Assembly: GCA_963718305.1 (NCBI GenBank)
Contig: CAVQZG010000009.1
Location: 166,791-230,790, forward strand
Length of the DNA: 64,000 nucleotides
Direction of reading: 5' to 3'
Source: an uncultured Actinomycetes bacterium
GTDB lineage: Bacteria > Actinomycetota > Actinomycetes > Streptosporangiales > Streptosporangiaceae
The number at the start of each line of letters is the position of its first letter. Positions within the stretch are counted from its first letter, which is position 1. Under the pieces are notes generated by a model that was given only the letters and a program-made list of their open reading frames with translations, searched no databases and had not been told where the DNA came from. Below are positions 18,463 through 28,710 of the stretch, piece by piece. Made by a program: the position numbers and the translations under genes.

Positions 18463-19577
18463 CGGCGGCTCGCCGGTGCGGTGCTGTCCTCAGCAGGCAC
18501 GGCTTCGGCCACGGACGCCGCGACCAGGGCCTCGTGCGTCGGGCCGTCGGGCACGCTGGCCGGGCGCTTCGCGTCGAGTTCCCGGCGCAGCACCGGCACC
18601 ACCTCGCCGAGCAGGTCAAGCTGCTCGAGCACGGTCTTCAGCGGCAGGCCGGCGTGGTCCATCAGGAACAACTGCCGCTGGTAGTCGCCGAAGTGCTCGC
18701 GGAAGGTGAGCGTCTTGTCGATGACTTCCTGCGGGCTGCCCACGGTGAGCGGCGTCTGCGCGGTGAAGTCCTCCAGCGATGGCCCATGGCCGTAGACCGG
18801 CGCGTTGTCGAAGTAAGGACGGAACTCCGCCGCGGCGTCCTGGGAGTTCCTGCGCAGGTAGACCTGGCCGCCGAGGCCGACGATCGCCTGCTCCGGGGCG
18901 CCGTGCCCGTAGTGCGCGAAGCGCTGGCGGTAGAACTCGACCAGCCGGACGAAATGCTCCGTGGGCCAGAAGATGTGGTTGGCGAAGAACCCGTCGCCGT
19001 AGTACGCCGCCTGCTCGGCGATCTCCGGGCTGCGGATCGAGCCGTGCCACACGAACGGCGGCACGCCGTCCAGCGGCCGCGGGGTGGAGGTGAATCCCTG
19101 CAGGGGCGTGCGGAACTGGCCTTCGGAGTCGACGACGTCCTCGCGCCACAGCCGGTGCAGCAGGTGGTAGTTCTCGATGGCCAGCTCGATGCCCTGGCGG
19201 ATGTCCTTGCCGAACCACGGGTACACCGGCCCGGTGTTACCGCGGCCGAGCATCAGGTCGACCCGCCCGTCGGCCAGGTGCTGCAGCATCGCGAAGTCCT
19301 CGGCGATCTTCACCGGGTCATTGGTGGTGATCAGCGTGGTCGCGGTGGACAGGATGAGGTTCTGGGTCTGGGCGGCGATGTAGCCGAGCATGGTCGTGGG
19401 CGAGGAGGGCACGAACGGCGGGTTGTGGTGCTCGCCCGTGGCGAACACGTCCAGGCCGATGTCCTCGGCCTTGCGGGCGATGGCGACCATCGACTTGATC
19501 CGCTCGTGCTCGGTGGGGGTCCGGCCGGTCGTGGGATCGGTGGTGACGTCCCCGACGGTGAAGATCCCGAACTGCAT
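18459..19577 (-). CDS. LLM-class (luciferase-like) FMN-dependent monooxygenase
   Basis: ATG 19577 (MQFGIFTVGDV..), ..FATGEHHNPPF.. and a TIM-barrel LLM pattern. Translationally coupled to the reductase. Confidence 0.9.
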   Translation of the reverse strand: MQFGIFTVGDVTTDPTTGRTPTEHERIKSMVAIARKAEDIGLDVFATGEHHNPPFVPSSPTTMLGYIAAQTQNLILSTATTLITTNDPVKIAEDFAMLQHLADGRVDLMLGRGNTGPVYPWFGKDIRQGIELAIENYHLLHRLWREDVVDSEGQFRTPLQGFTSTPRPLDGVPPFVWHGSIRSPEIAEQAAYYGDGFFANHIFWPTEHFVRLVEFYRQRFAHYGHGAPEQAIVGLGGQVYLRRNSQDAAAEFRPYFDNAPVYGHGPSLEDFTAQTPLTVGSPQEVIDKTLTFREHFGDYQRQLFLMDHAGLPLKTVLEQLDLLGEVVPVLRRELDAKRPASVPDGPTHEALVAASVAEAVPAEDSTAPASRR

Positions 19578-19628
19578 CGCTGCTCCCTGTGCCCAGTGCT
19601 GGCCAGCCTCATGTACTTGAACGTGCAA

Positions 19629-20353
19629 CTACTTTGGGGTGGCGGATATTCCGTGCGCGGCGCGGGCGGCCAGCGCCGCGCCGCAGTTGGCGGACAGATG
19701 CAGCAGGACCGGCGCGGCCAGGCTGCCAGACCGTTCCCGCAGCCAGGACAGCAGCAGGCCGGCGGCGGCCGTGCCCGCGACGCTGGCCGCGACGGACCCC
19801 GCAGCCGCCCGCCGGCTGGCCGCCAGCTGGTTGATCCGCAGCGCCTCCACGGTCGGCCGGACATGCCAGAGCCCGAACACCCCGCTGGTCACGGCCAGGG
19901 CGGCCGGCCGGGGGAGGACGCGGCGCAAGGCGGCCTGGAGCACCCCGCGGAACGCCACTTCTTCCCAGAGCACGGTGCCGGCCGGGATGCGGACCGTCAC
20001 CTGGTAGGCGACCTCGGGCCAGGTCAGGCCGGTGATCCGCTGATCGGCGAGGGCCGGCCGGGTGGCCGGCACCGCGGCCAGGATGACCCAGGCCGCCGCC
20101 AGGGTCCCGGACGGTGCGGCGGCCCAGCGCAGTCCCGCGCCGAGCCGGCCACGCCCCAGTCCCAGGTCGGCGGCGGTCAGGCCGCTGGCGGCGGCCGCGG
20201 CCAGTGCGGTGCCGGCGGCGCCGAGGTTGGCCAGCGGGTACCACTGCTGATGCCAGCGCTGCCGTCCGGCCAGGTTGTTATAGGCGATAAGGGCGGCCGA
20301 CCAGGTGGCGGCGAACGCGGTGTCCCGGCCAGCCGGGGTCTGGGCCCGCTCAT
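19629..20353 (-). CDS. CPBP-family intramembrane protease (CAAX/Abi type), 5' end frame-disrupted
   Basis: EEVAFRG and FGLWH motifs lie in ORF 19629-20072. The same frame stays open and family-like (AATWSAALIAYNNL..YPLANLGAAGTALAAAAASGLTAADLGLG) up to about 20339 but contains no start codon. An ATG at 20353 overlapping the regulator stop (ATGA) is one base out of frame. Confidence 0.7.
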
Positions 20354-21009
20354 CCGCCGGGCAGGACGAGCCCGGTCTCGTAGGCGAGGACCACGGCCTG
20401 CGTGCGGTCCCGCAGGCCCAGCTTCATCAGGATCCGGCTGACGTGCGTCTTCACGGTCTGTTCGGCGACCACCAGGCGGCCGGCGATCTCCGCGTTGGAC
20501 AGGCCCCGGGCGACCAGGGCCAGCACCTCGGTCTCCCGTTCGGTGAGATCCTGCAGGGTCTTGCGGCTGGGCCCGCGGGGCGCCCCCATCCGCGCGAACT
20601 CCGCGATGAGCCGCCTGGTCACGCTGGGGGATAGCAGCGCGTCGCCCGCCGCGACGACCCGGACCGCCTCGGCGAGTTCCCGGGCCGACGCGTCCTTGAG
20701 CAGGAAGCCGCTCGCCCCCCAGCGCAGCGCCTGGTACACGTAGTCGTCCAGGTCGAACGTGGTCAGGACCAGGACCCTCGGCGCGCCGTCCAGCGCCGCG
20801 ATCTGGCGGGTCGCCTGCAGCCCGTCCATCACCGGCATCCGCACGTCCATCAGGATCACGTCGGGCCTGAGCTCGATGGCCCGGGTGACCGCCTCCTGCC
20901 CGTTCACGGCCTCGCCGACGACCTCGATGTCGGGCTCGCTGTTCAGCAGGGTGGTGAAACCGGACCGGACCATGCCCTGGTCGTCGGCGATGACGACCCG
21001 CACGCTCAC
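20350..21009 (-). CDS. LuxR/NarL-family response regulator
   Basis: Receiver VVIADDQ..DVILMDVRMPVMDG plus LuxR HTH ..LTERETEVLALVARGLSNAEIA... The GTG start overlaps the kinase stop (GTGA 21006-21009). Confidence 0.95.
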   Translation of the reverse strand: MSVRVVIADDQGMVRSGFTTLLNSEPDIEVVGEAVNGQEAVTRAIELRPDVILMDVRMPVMDGLQATRQIAALDGAPRVLVLTTFDLDDYVYQALRWGASGFLLKDASARELAEAVRVVAAGDALLSPSVTRRLIAEFARMGAPRGPSRKTLQDLTERETEVLALVARGLSNAEIAGRLVVAEQTVKTHVSRILMKLGLRDRTQAVVLAYETGLVLPGG

Positions 21010-22298
21010 TGGCCGTCTCCCACGCGGTCCCCGGTATCCGGCAGCACCGCGGTGACCAGGAAACCGCCCTCCTCCGTGGGGCCGGCCTCCAGGTGGCCGC
21101 CGAGCATGACCGCCCGTTCCCGCATGCCGATCAGGCCGTGACCGGCGCCATCCTCATCCGCGTGCCCGTCCGGGACCGCGCACGCATCGTTGCGCACCTT
21201 GATCACCAGGGCGCTCGGGGCGTAGGCGAGTTCGACCCGCACTGTAGAGCCGGGGGCGTGCCGCATGGCATTACTCAGGGCCTCCTGCAGGATCCGGTAG
21301 GCGGACAGGTCGATGCCCTGCGGCAGGGCCCTGGCCGTGCCGCTGACCGACGACGTTACCCGCACGCCGCCGCTGCGCGCGGAGTCCAGCAGGCCTTCCA
21401 GTTCCGCGAGGCCGGGCTGGGGTGCGGTGTCCGCGCCGCTGCTGCGCATGACGCCGAGGAGCCGGCGCAGCTCGTCGAGGCCGCTCAGCGCGCTCGCCCG
21501 GATGTCGGCGAAGCTTTCCGCGAGTTCCGGCGGGGGGTTGGCGACCTTGCGCGGGCCGGCCTCCGCCTGGATAGCGATCACCGACATGTGGTGGGCCACG
21601 ATGTCGTGCAGTTCGCGGGCGATGCGCTGGCGTTCGGTGAGCAGGGCGCGCTCACCTTCGAGGCGGCGGGCCTGCTGGGCCAGCTCGGTGCGGCTGTTCC
21701 GCCGGGCCCGGACGATAGCCCCGCTCAGCAGGGGGATGGCGGCCAGGATGGCGCCCGCACTGGTCTGCGCGTCCACGACGATGGCGCCCAGCACCGTGAC
21801 CGTGGCCACGCAGAGCACGAACCAGCCCTTGCCGCGCACCCCGACCGCATACAGGCACAGGCCGTAGACGATCACGCCCGCGACCGGGTAGACGGCGCCG
21901 GACAGCGTGCGCGGGCCGATCGCCGCGGATACCCAGATCAGGCTCACCGCAGACGCGGCCCAGGCCGTGGCGGGGAAGCGGGTGCGCAGCACCAGCGGCG
22001 CGGCCAGCACCGCGGCGTACAGCAGGAGCATCTCGGTGCCGTACGGGTGGCCGTGCCGGCCGTTCTGGGTGTTCAGCCAGGAATCCGTGGCGCCCCAGAG
22101 GATGAGCGCGAGCGCCACATCGGCCAGGAACACCAGGTCCACGCGGCCGAACTGGAGGCGCTGCCGCCAGGCCGCCGGTGGCGTGGGGGGGTCGGTGGTC
22201 CCGGTGGCCACCGCCGTCCGGACCATGGACCGGATCCTGGCCACGCCCGTGGCCCCGGCCGTGACGACTGCCTCGCGGCGCGAGGCTCCAGAACCCAT
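21006..22298 (-). CDS. sensor histidine kinase (HisKA_3 / NarX-DesK type)
   Basis: Multi-TM N-terminus, H-box RIARELHDIVAHHMS and ATPase boxes ..EALSNAMRHA.. and ..GHGLIGMRERA... Confidence 0.9.
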   Translation of the reverse strand: MGSGASRREAVVTAGATGVARIRSMVRTAVATGTTDPPTPPAAWRQRLQFGRVDLVFLADVALALILWGATDSWLNTQNGRHGHPYGTEMLLLYAAVLAAPLVLRTRFPATAWAASAVSLIWVSAAIGPRTLSGAVYPVAGVIVYGLCLYAVGVRGKGWFVLCVATVTVLGAIVVDAQTSAGAILAAIPLLSGAIVRARRNSRTELAQQARRLEGERALLTERQRIARELHDIVAHHMSVIAIQAEAGPRKVANPPPELAESFADIRASALSGLDELRRLLGVMRSSGADTAPQPGLAELEGLLDSARSGGVRVTSSVSGTARALPQGIDLSAYRILQEALSNAMRHAPGSTVRVELAYAPSALVIKVRNDACAVPDGHADEDGAGHGLIGMRERAVMLGGHLEAGPTEEGGFLVTAVLPDTGDRVGDGQ

Positions 22299-22521
22299 GA
22301 CCTCAGGGTAAGTGCGAGGGCCCGGCGTTTCGTGACCCGTGCGGGGGATCTGCCCGCCCCTACTCAGGTAGGGGGCAGGCCCGCCGCGCTAGCCCTTCCG
22401 GGGCGGGCCGTCAGTACCTGAGGAGCAGCCACCAGATGGGCTCCACAGCGTGACGCCGGCTACGAGGTGGCGTCCGTAACTTTCTGCCCAGCACACCCCA
22501 CTGGACCAGGAAGGACACGCC

Positions 22522-23454
22522 ATGAGACTGCGCCGCGTGGCCACTCTCGCGGTGGCGGCCGCTGCCGCCGCCGTCACGCTGACCGCTGCGGTGAACCCGC
22601 AGCCCCCGCCCGAGCCGCCGGTATCACTGCCCGCGCTCACCCCGGCGGCGCTGGCCGCCCGCTACACCGCCAGCTCGGCGGCGGTCGCCCGGGCCGCCAC
22701 CGCCGCGGCCCGCTCCGGTAACCCGGCGCTGGCCCGTACCCTGGCGGGCCTGCGTCACCAGCACCTGCTCGGGTTCGACCCGAACGGCCCGGGTGAGGCC
22801 GTCGAGGTCCTCGGGAACCTGGCCACCGCCCGCCGGGTCGTGATCCTCGTGCCCGGCTCCGACACGTCCCTGACCACGTTCGCCTCCCGGGGCACCGCTT
22901 CGCCGCAGGGCGGAGCGCGCGCGCTGGCCGCCCAGGCCCGCCGGCTCGATCCCGGGGCCCGCCTCGCGGTCATCGCCTGGCTCGGCTACCGGACCCCGAG
23001 CCTGCTCAGCCCGGCCGTCCTCACGTCGGGAAACGCGGGGCAGGGCGCCCAGACCCTGCGGCCCCTGGTGATCAGCCTGGCCGGGCACGGGGACCAGGTC
23101 GCACTGCTCTGCCACAGCTACGGATCGGTGGTGTGCGGGCTGGCCGCGCCGCAGCTGCCCGTCACCGACATCGCGGTGTTCGGCAGCCCGGGCATGGACG
23201 CCTCCTCGGTGCGGTCCCTGCACACGACGGCCCGGGTGTGGGCTGGCCGGGACGCCGGCGACTGGATCCGCGACGTGCCGCACATCCGGCTGCTGGGGAT
23301 GGGCTTCGGGACGGACCCCACCGCGCCGTCCTTCGGCGCCCGCCGGTTCAGCTGCGGCGGCGACGGTCACAGCGGTTACCTGCAGCCCGGCAGCATGTCG
23401 CTGCGCAACCTGGCCTACATCGCGCTAGGCGAGCCCGGGAAGGTCATCCCGTGA
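22522..23454 (+). CDS. secreted alpha/beta hydrolase, DUF1023 family
   Basis: Signal peptide MRLRRVATLAVAAAAAAVTLTA and ..VILVPGSDTSL..IAWLGYRTP..LLCHSYGSVV nucleophile elbow. Confidence 0.8.
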   Translation: MRLRRVATLAVAAAAAAVTLTAAVNPQPPPEPPVSLPALTPAALAARYTASSAAVARAATAAARSGNPALARTLAGLRHQHLLGFDPNGPGEAVEVLGNLATARRVVILVPGSDTSLTTFASRGTASPQGGARALAAQARRLDPGARLAVIAWLGYRTPSLLSPAVLTSGNAGQGAQTLRPLVISLAGHGDQVALLCHSYGSVVCGLAAPQLPVTDIAVFGSPGMDASSVRSLHTTARVWAGRDAGDWIRDVPHIRLLGMGFGTDPTAPSFGARRFSCGGDGHSGYLQPGSMSLRNLAYIALGEPGKVIP

Positions 23455-24659
23455 AGCTCCGGACTATGGCTGCCCGCATCGAGGCGGCCACCCCGGCCGG
23501 GCGGGACCGCAGCGTGGACGCGCTCCGCGCGCTGGCCATCGCCGGGGTGATCCTCGGCCACTGGCTGGTCACCGCGCTCGTGCTGACCCGTTCCCCGGCC
23601 GGTGCCCGGCTGCACGACGCCAGCCCGCTGGCCGCCCTGCCCGCCCTGGCCCCGGCGTCGTGGATCTTCCAGACCCTCGCGATCTTCTTCTTCGTCGGCG
23701 GGTACGCGGCCGCGCGCAGCGGACATGCCGGCGGCGGATACCTGGCCTGGCTGGGCAGGCGCCTGTCCCGGCTGGGCCGCCCGGTGGCGGTGCTGCTCGC
23801 CGTCTGGGTGCCGCTCACCGCGGCGATGGTCCTGGCCGGGGTCAGTTCCGGGACGATCCGCACCCTGGTGACGCTGGTCCTCGACCCGCTCTGGTTCCTG
23901 TGCGTGTTCGCCGGGCTGACCGCGCTGACGCCGCTGGCGGAGGCGCTGGTCCGGCGGCTCGGCGCCGCGGCCGCGCTGCTGCCCGCCGCCCTGGTCGCCG
24001 GGGTGGACCTGGCCCGGTTCGGCCTCGGCGCTCCCGGCTGGATCGGCTGGGTCAACGTCGGAGCCGGCTGGCTGGTCCCCTACCTGCTGGGGATCGCGTG
24101 GGCGCGCGGGGCGCTACCCGGCTGGAAGGTCCCGGCCCTCATGCTCGCCGCAGGCGCCGCGGGCACCGCGGTGCTGGTCACCTGGGCCGGGTACCCGGCG
24201 AGCATGGTGGGCGTGAACGGGGCCGCGATCTCGAACCTGAACCCGCCCACGCTGGCCGCCGTCACCTTCGGCATCGCCCAGGTCGGCCTGGCGCTGCTGC
24301 TGCGGCCCTGGCTGGCCCGGCTGATGCGCCGCCCGCTGGCCTGGGCCGCCGTGGCCCTGGTCAACCTGTCCGCGATGACGCTGTTCCTCTGGCACCAGTC
24401 CGCGTTCCTGGCGGTGACCATGGCCGGGGCCATGGCCGGTCGCCTCCCAGGGCTGCTCACCGCACCCTCGGGTGCGGTGTGGATCGCCGAACGGCTGGCC
24501 TGGCTACCCGTGTTCGCAGTGGCGCTGGCCGGGGCCTGGCTGCTGTTCCACCGCTTCGAGCGGCGCCAGGGTGTCAGCCGTCGGCCGTCTTCAGCCGCTC
24601 CAGCAGCCCCTCGTGCTCATCCCACAGCGACTCGGGCAGGTGGCTGCCGAACATCGTGA
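23451..24659 (+). CDS. acyltransferase-3 family membrane protein
   Basis: GTG 23451 overlaps the upstream stop (GTGA). The ..[19 protein letters not shown].. signature is followed by about ten hydrophobic helices. The last 86 nt overlap the convergent pckG 3' end. Confidence 0.8.
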   Translation: MKLRTMAARIEAATPAGRDRSVDALRALAIAGVILGHWLVTALVLTRSPAGARLHDASPLAALPALAPASWIFQTLAIFFFVGGYAAARSGHAGGGYLAWLGRRLSRLGRPVAVLLAVWVPLTAAMVLAGVSSGTIRTLVTLVLDPLWFLCVFAGLTALTPLAEALVRRLGAAAALLPAALVAGVDLARFGLGAPGWIGWVNVGAGWLVPYLLGIAWARGALPGWKVPALMLAAGAAGTAVLVTWAGYPASMVGVNGAAISNLNPPTLAAVTFGIAQVGLALLLRPWLARLMRRPLAWAAVALVNLSAMTLFLWHQSAFLAVTMAGAMAGRLPGLLTAPSGAVWIAERLAWLPVFAVALAGAWLLFHRFERRQGVSRRPSSAAPAAPRAHPTATRAGGCRTS

Positions 24660-26400
24660 AGTACTCCCGGGTGTGGTCGGCCTCGTCCTGCCAGGTGCCG
24701 GTGTCCACCGACAGCAGCAGGGCCAGGTCGGCGGCGCTGACGGTCAGGCCGTCGGTGTCCAGGGATTCCGGGGTGGGCAGGTTGCCGATCGCGGTGGGCT
24801 GCGCCGCGGCGTCCCCGGCCAGCCGCTGCGTGATCCACTTGAGCACCCGGCTGTTCTCCCCGAAGCCGGGCCACGCGAACCGGCCGTTCCCGTCCTTGCG
24901 GAACCAGTTGACCGCGTAGATGCGGGGCAGCTTCTCCGGGTCGGTCATGCCCCCGATCTTCAGCCAGTGGCCGAAGTAGTCGCCCATGTTGTAGCCGCAG
25001 AACGGCAGCATGGCGAACGGGTCGTGGCGCAACTGCCCCACCTGGCCGGCGGCGGCGGCGGTCGTCTCCGAGGCGACGGTCGCCCCGAGGAACACACCGT
25101 GCTGCCAGGAGTAGGCCTCGGCGACCAGCGGCACCGCCGTGGCCCGGCGGCCGCCGAACAGGATCGCCGAGATCGGCACCCCGGCCGGGTCGTCCCATTC
25201 CGGCGCGATCGACGGGCACTGCGCCGCGTCCACGGTGAACCGGGAATTAGGGTGCGCGGCCGGGCTGCCCGAGGCGGGCGTCCAGTCGCGGCCCTGCCAG
25301 TCGGTCAGGTGCGCAGGCGGCTCGTCGGTCAGGCCCTCCCACCACACGTCGCCGTCGTCGGTGAGCGCGACGTTGGTGAAGACCGTGTTGCTGGTCAGCA
25401 TCTTCAGCGCGTTCGGGTTGGTGACCGCGCTGGTCCCGGGGGCGACGCCGAAGAAGCCTGCCTCCGGGTTGATCGCGTACAGCCGTCCGTCTGCGCCGAA
25501 CCGCATCCAGGCGATGTCGTCGCCGACGGTCTCCACGGTCCAGCCGGGGATCGTGGGCTGCAGCATGGCCAGGTTGGTCTTGCCGCACGCGGACGGGAAA
25601 GCCGCCGCCAGGTACCTGGCCTCGCCCTGCGGCGGGGTGACCTTGAGGATGAGCATGTGCTCGGCCAGCCAGCCCTCGTCGCGGGCCATGGCCGAGGCGA
25701 TCCGCAGCGCGTAGCACTTCTTGCCCAGCAGCGCGTTCCCGCCGTACCCGGACCCGTACGACCAGATCTCACGGGTCTCGGGGAAGTGCGAGATGTACTT
25801 GGTCTCGTTGCAGGGCCACGGCACGTCGGCCTGGCCGGGAGACAGCGGGGCGCCCACCGAGTGGACGGCCCGGACGAAGAACCCGTCCCCGCCCAGCTCC
25901 TGGAGGACCGGGGCACCCATCCGGGTCATGATCCGCATCGAGGCCGCCACGTAGGGCGAGTCGGTGATCTCCACGCCGAGCTGGGAGATCGCCGAGCCGA
26001 GGGGGCCCATGCAGAACGGCACCACGTACATGGTCCGGCCGGCCATGCTGCCGTCGAAGATCCCGGCGAACGTCTGGCGCATCTCGTCGGGCGCGATCCA
26101 GTTGTTGGTCGGCCCGGCGTCCTCTTCCTTCTCCGAGCAGATGAACGTGCGGTCCTCGACCCGGGCGACATCCGACGGGTCGGAGCGGGCCAGGAAGCTG
26201 CCGGGCCGCAGGTCGGGATTGAGCGGGAGGAGGGTGCCCTGCTCGACCAGCAGGCTGGTGAGCTCGTCCCACTCCTGCTGCGAACCGTCACACCACTGGA
26301 CGCGCGCGGGCCGGGTGAGGGCGGCGATCTCGTTTACCCATGAGATCAGGCCGCTGTGTGCCGTCGGAGGCTGATTCAGGCCTGGAATAGCGTCGCTCAC
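24574..26400 (-). CDS. pckG: phosphoenolpyruvate carboxykinase (GTP)
   Basis: 608 aa with GTP-PEPCK motifs ..[13 protein letters not shown].., ..[11 protein letters not shown].., ..CGYNMGDYF... Confidence 0.97.
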   Translation of the reverse strand: MSDAIPGLNQPPTAHSGLISWVNEIAALTRPARVQWCDGSQQEWDELTSLLVEQGTLLPLNPDLRPGSFLARSDPSDVARVEDRTFICSEKEEDAGPTNNWIAPDEMRQTFAGIFDGSMAGRTMYVVPFCMGPLGSAISQLGVEITDSPYVAASMRIMTRMGAPVLQELGGDGFFVRAVHSVGAPLSPGQADVPWPCNETKYISHFPETREIWSYGSGYGGNALLGKKCYALRIASAMARDEGWLAEHMLILKVTPPQGEARYLAAAFPSACGKTNLAMLQPTIPGWTVETVGDDIAWMRFGADGRLYAINPEAGFFGVAPGTSAVTNPNALKMLTSNTVFTNVALTDDGDVWWEGLTDEPPAHLTDWQGRDWTPASGSPAAHPNSRFTVDAAQCPSIAPEWDDPAGVPISAILFGGRRATAVPLVAEAYSWQHGVFLGATVASETTAAAAGQVGQLRHDPFAMLPFCGYNMGDYFGHWLKIGGMTDPEKLPRIYAVNWFRKDGNGRFAWPGFGENSRVLKWITQRLAGDAAAQPTAIGNLPTPESLDTDGLTVSAADLALLLSVDTGTWQDEADHTREYFTMFGSHLPESLWDEHEGLLERLKTADG

Positions 26401-26703
26401 AGGATGTCCTTCCGATCACCGGCGTCGGTACCCGCAGCTCGATTTGCGTCGGGACCACAGAGAAACCGAAAACCTATCTTAACAAGGTGCACTCAAAGCC
26501 AGCAGAGTGGTAGACCTGCATGTGTGGAGGTTTGTGGCGCTCAAACGGCGATTCTGTAACACTTGTGAAGACGATCAGCGATGGTCTAGACCGATTAGCG
26601 CGGGCCATACCTGGCGGGACCTGCGGGAGTGGCACGCGTCGGCCAGGAAAACGTCAGCCAACCGGCGCTGAGTTGTTAACCGAACCTTTGAAGGACGGGA
26701 TGT

Positions 26704-28182
26704 GTGATGCCGGTCACGAAAGCGCGGGTAGGTGTCCGGCTGCGCCGCTTCCGGGAAGAACGCGGCCTTACCCAGGCCGCCCTGGCCAGCGCCCTGGGCA
26801 TCTCGCCCAGCTACGTGAACCAGCTGGAGTCCAGCCAGCGCCCGATGACGGCCTCCGTCCTGCTCAAGCTGGCCAGCGTGTTCGACGCCGATCTGCAGCA
26901 GTTCTCGGCCGAGGACGCCGACCGTCTCGTGGCCCAGCTCCGTGATGTGCTGACCGATCCTTCCGTCGGCGAGCAGATCTCGATGGCGGAAATCCGCGAG
27001 CTGGCCGCGACCATGCCTGCCGTCGGCCGGTACGTCATCGAACTGCACCGGCGTTACCGGCACGGCCGCGACGTCAATGAGACGATCATGACCCGCATCG
27101 ACGCGGGCGAGCCGGGGTCGATGTCGGTACCGCCGCCCATGGCGCAGGAGGAAGTGCAGGAGCTGTTCTACGCCCGGCGGAACTACTTCCCGCCGCTCGA
27201 CCTGGCCGCCGAGCAGATCTTCGCGCAGGCCGACCTGAGGATCGGCAACACCGAGGCGGGGATCACTGAGCGGCTGGCCCGCCGGCACGGCCTCCGGGTG
27301 GCCGACCTTCCGGACGGCGACCAGGGGGTCAAGCGGCGGTATGACCCCGAGGCCCGGGTGCTGACCTTGTCCCCGCTGCTCAACTCCGGCCAGCGGGCTT
27401 TCCAGCTCGCCACCCACCTGGCCTCGGTCGAGCTGTCCGGGGAGATCGATCAGATCGTCGCCGACGCTAATCTGTCCGGCGACGAGGCCCGCATGCTCTG
27501 CCGGATCGGCCTGGCCAGTTACTTCGCCGGCGCCCTGGTCCTGCCCTACCGGCCGTTCCTGGACGCCGCGGAGACGGTGGGGTACGACATCGCGCTGCTG
27601 CAGCGACGGTTCGACGTGGGCTACGAGACCGTCGCCCACCGGCTCAGCACGCTGCAGCGCCCCGGGGCCCGCGGGGTGCCGTTTATCTTCGTGCGCGTCG
27701 ACCGGGCCGGCAACATCTCCAAGCGCCAGTCGGCCACCAGCTTCCACTTCTCCCGGGTCGGCGGGTCATGCCCGCTGTGGAACGTCTACGAGGCGTTCGT
27801 CCATCCGGGCGAGATCCAGACCCAGCTGGCGCAGATGCCTGACGGCCGCAGCTACCTGTGGGTGGCGCGGACCGTGGCCCGGCGCTACGGCGGCTACGGC
27901 ACACTCGGCAAGACGTTCGCGGTCGGCCTGGGCTGCGACCTGCGGCACGCGCACCGGCTCGTCTACTCCCACGGACTCGACCTGGCCAGCCCGTCCGCGC
28001 TGGTCCCCATCGGCCCAGGGTGCAAGGTCTGCGACCGGACCGCCTGCCCGCAGCGGGCCTTCCCCGCGCTCGGCAAGCCGCTCGACCCGAACCCCCACCA
28101 CGGCAGCTTCATCCCCTACGCCACCGGGGACAGCGTCCTCACCCGCCTCGAGCCCCCGGCCTTCCGGGGCAGCCCTTCCTGA
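26704..28182 (+). CDS. XRE-family regulator with ImmA/IrrE-like and DUF2083-type domains (RamB/PrpR-like short-chain fatty acyl-CoA regulator)
   Basis: N-terminal HTH ..LRRFREERGLTQAALASALGISPSYVNQLE.. and C-terminal Cys cluster ..GGSCPLWNVYEAF.., ..GCKVCDRTACPQRAFP... Divergent from pckG. Confidence 0.85.
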   Translation: MMPVTKARVGVRLRRFREERGLTQAALASALGISPSYVNQLESSQRPMTASVLLKLASVFDADLQQFSAEDADRLVAQLRDVLTDPSVGEQISMAEIRELAATMPAVGRYVIELHRRYRHGRDVNETIMTRIDAGEPGSMSVPPPMAQEEVQELFYARRNYFPPLDLAAEQIFAQADLRIGNTEAGITERLARRHGLRVADLPDGDQGVKRRYDPEARVLTLSPLLNSGQRAFQLATHLASVELSGEIDQIVADANLSGDEARMLCRIGLASYFAGALVLPYRPFLDAAETVGYDIALLQRRFDVGYETVAHRLSTLQRPGARGVPFIFVRVDRAGNISKRQSATSFHFSRVGGSCPLWNVYEAFVHPGEIQTQLAQMPDGRSYLWVARTVARRYGGYGTLGKTFAVGLGCDLRHAHRLVYSHGLDLASPSALVPIGPGCKVCDRTACPQRAFPALGKPLDPNPHHGSFIPYATGDSVLTRLEPPAFRGSPS

Positions 28183-28194
28183 ACTCCGGTGCGG

Positions 28195-28581
28195 TCACGG
28201 CCGGCGGGACAGCCACCAGAACCTGCTGCCCAGCCCGACCCCGGCGCCGATGAGGATGGCGGCGGCCGCGCTGGCGGCCGCGTCGATGTCCTGATGCCAG
28301 CCGAACGCCACCGCCCCCACCATGAGGGCGCCCACCGGCAGCACGATGATGCCGCGGACTATCGCGGCCGCATGCAGCTCGGGGCTGAAGGTCCGGTGCC
28401 GGTGCGCCGATGCGGCCAGCGCGAGGAGCGGGACGAAGACCACCAGGGCCACCATGAGCACCCAGCCTTCGGCGCGCTGGCGGCCGGAGAGCGGCAGGAC
28501 GGTCAGCGGCGCCGCCGCCAGCAGCAGGACGCCGGTCACGCAGGCCACGGCGACGCGCGGCAGGCGTGCGCAACGTCTCAT
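28195..28581 (-). CDS. small integral membrane protein, unknown function
   Basis: ATG 28581 (MRRCARLPRVAVACVTGVLLLAAAPL..) and four hydrophobic segments. The track ORF start 28641 is an alternative. Confidence 0.55.
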   Translation of the reverse strand: MRRCARLPRVAVACVTGVLLLAAAPLTVLPLSGRQRAEGWVLMVALVVFVPLLALAASAHRHRTFSPELHAAAIVRGIIVLPVGALMVGAVAFGWHQDIDAAASAAAAILIGAGVGLGSRFWWLSRRP

Positions 28582-28654
28582 CTCATTATCCTTCTGCTGT
28601 CCGGCCCCGATGCTTTTGTCCCCCGGCGCCAGGAAGATCACGCCTGCCAGCCGC

Positions 28655-28705
28655 CCGTGGTCCCGGGAGAACCGTGGTCCCGGGAGAACCGTGGTCCCGG
28701 GAGAA
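28655..28705. repeat. 3 x 17-nt perfect tandem repeat ccgtggtcccgggagaa
   Basis: Units at 28655-28671, 28672-28688 and 28689-28705 are identical. Each contains the palindrome tcccggga. Confidence 0.95.
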
Positions 28706-28710
28706 TCAGC

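Noticed and set aside
18534-20441. 635-aa plus-strand ORF spanning the LLM and CPBP region
   Set aside because: It is Arg/Gly/Pro/Asp-rich with no motifs, and it lies antisense to genes with clear family signatures. This is the typical open antisense frame of very GC-rich DNA.
24472-26343. 623-aa plus-strand ORF antisense to pckG. The same applies to 55685-57577 and 55641-57383 within metH, 45874-47604 opposite the phosphatase, 52080-53930 opposite the phosphatase-family gene, and 39375-40796 and 40930-42474 opposite the MFS genes.
   Set aside because: All overlap strongly supported genes on the other strand or frame. Their low-complexity Arg/Pro/Gly composition shows no domain signatures.
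28655-28705. CRISPR-like array. This was also considered for the 20-nt repeat at 40945-40984 and the 15-nt repeat at 57974-58063.
   Set aside because: The repeats are directly adjacent with no spacers. The units are too short, and no cas genes are present in the window.
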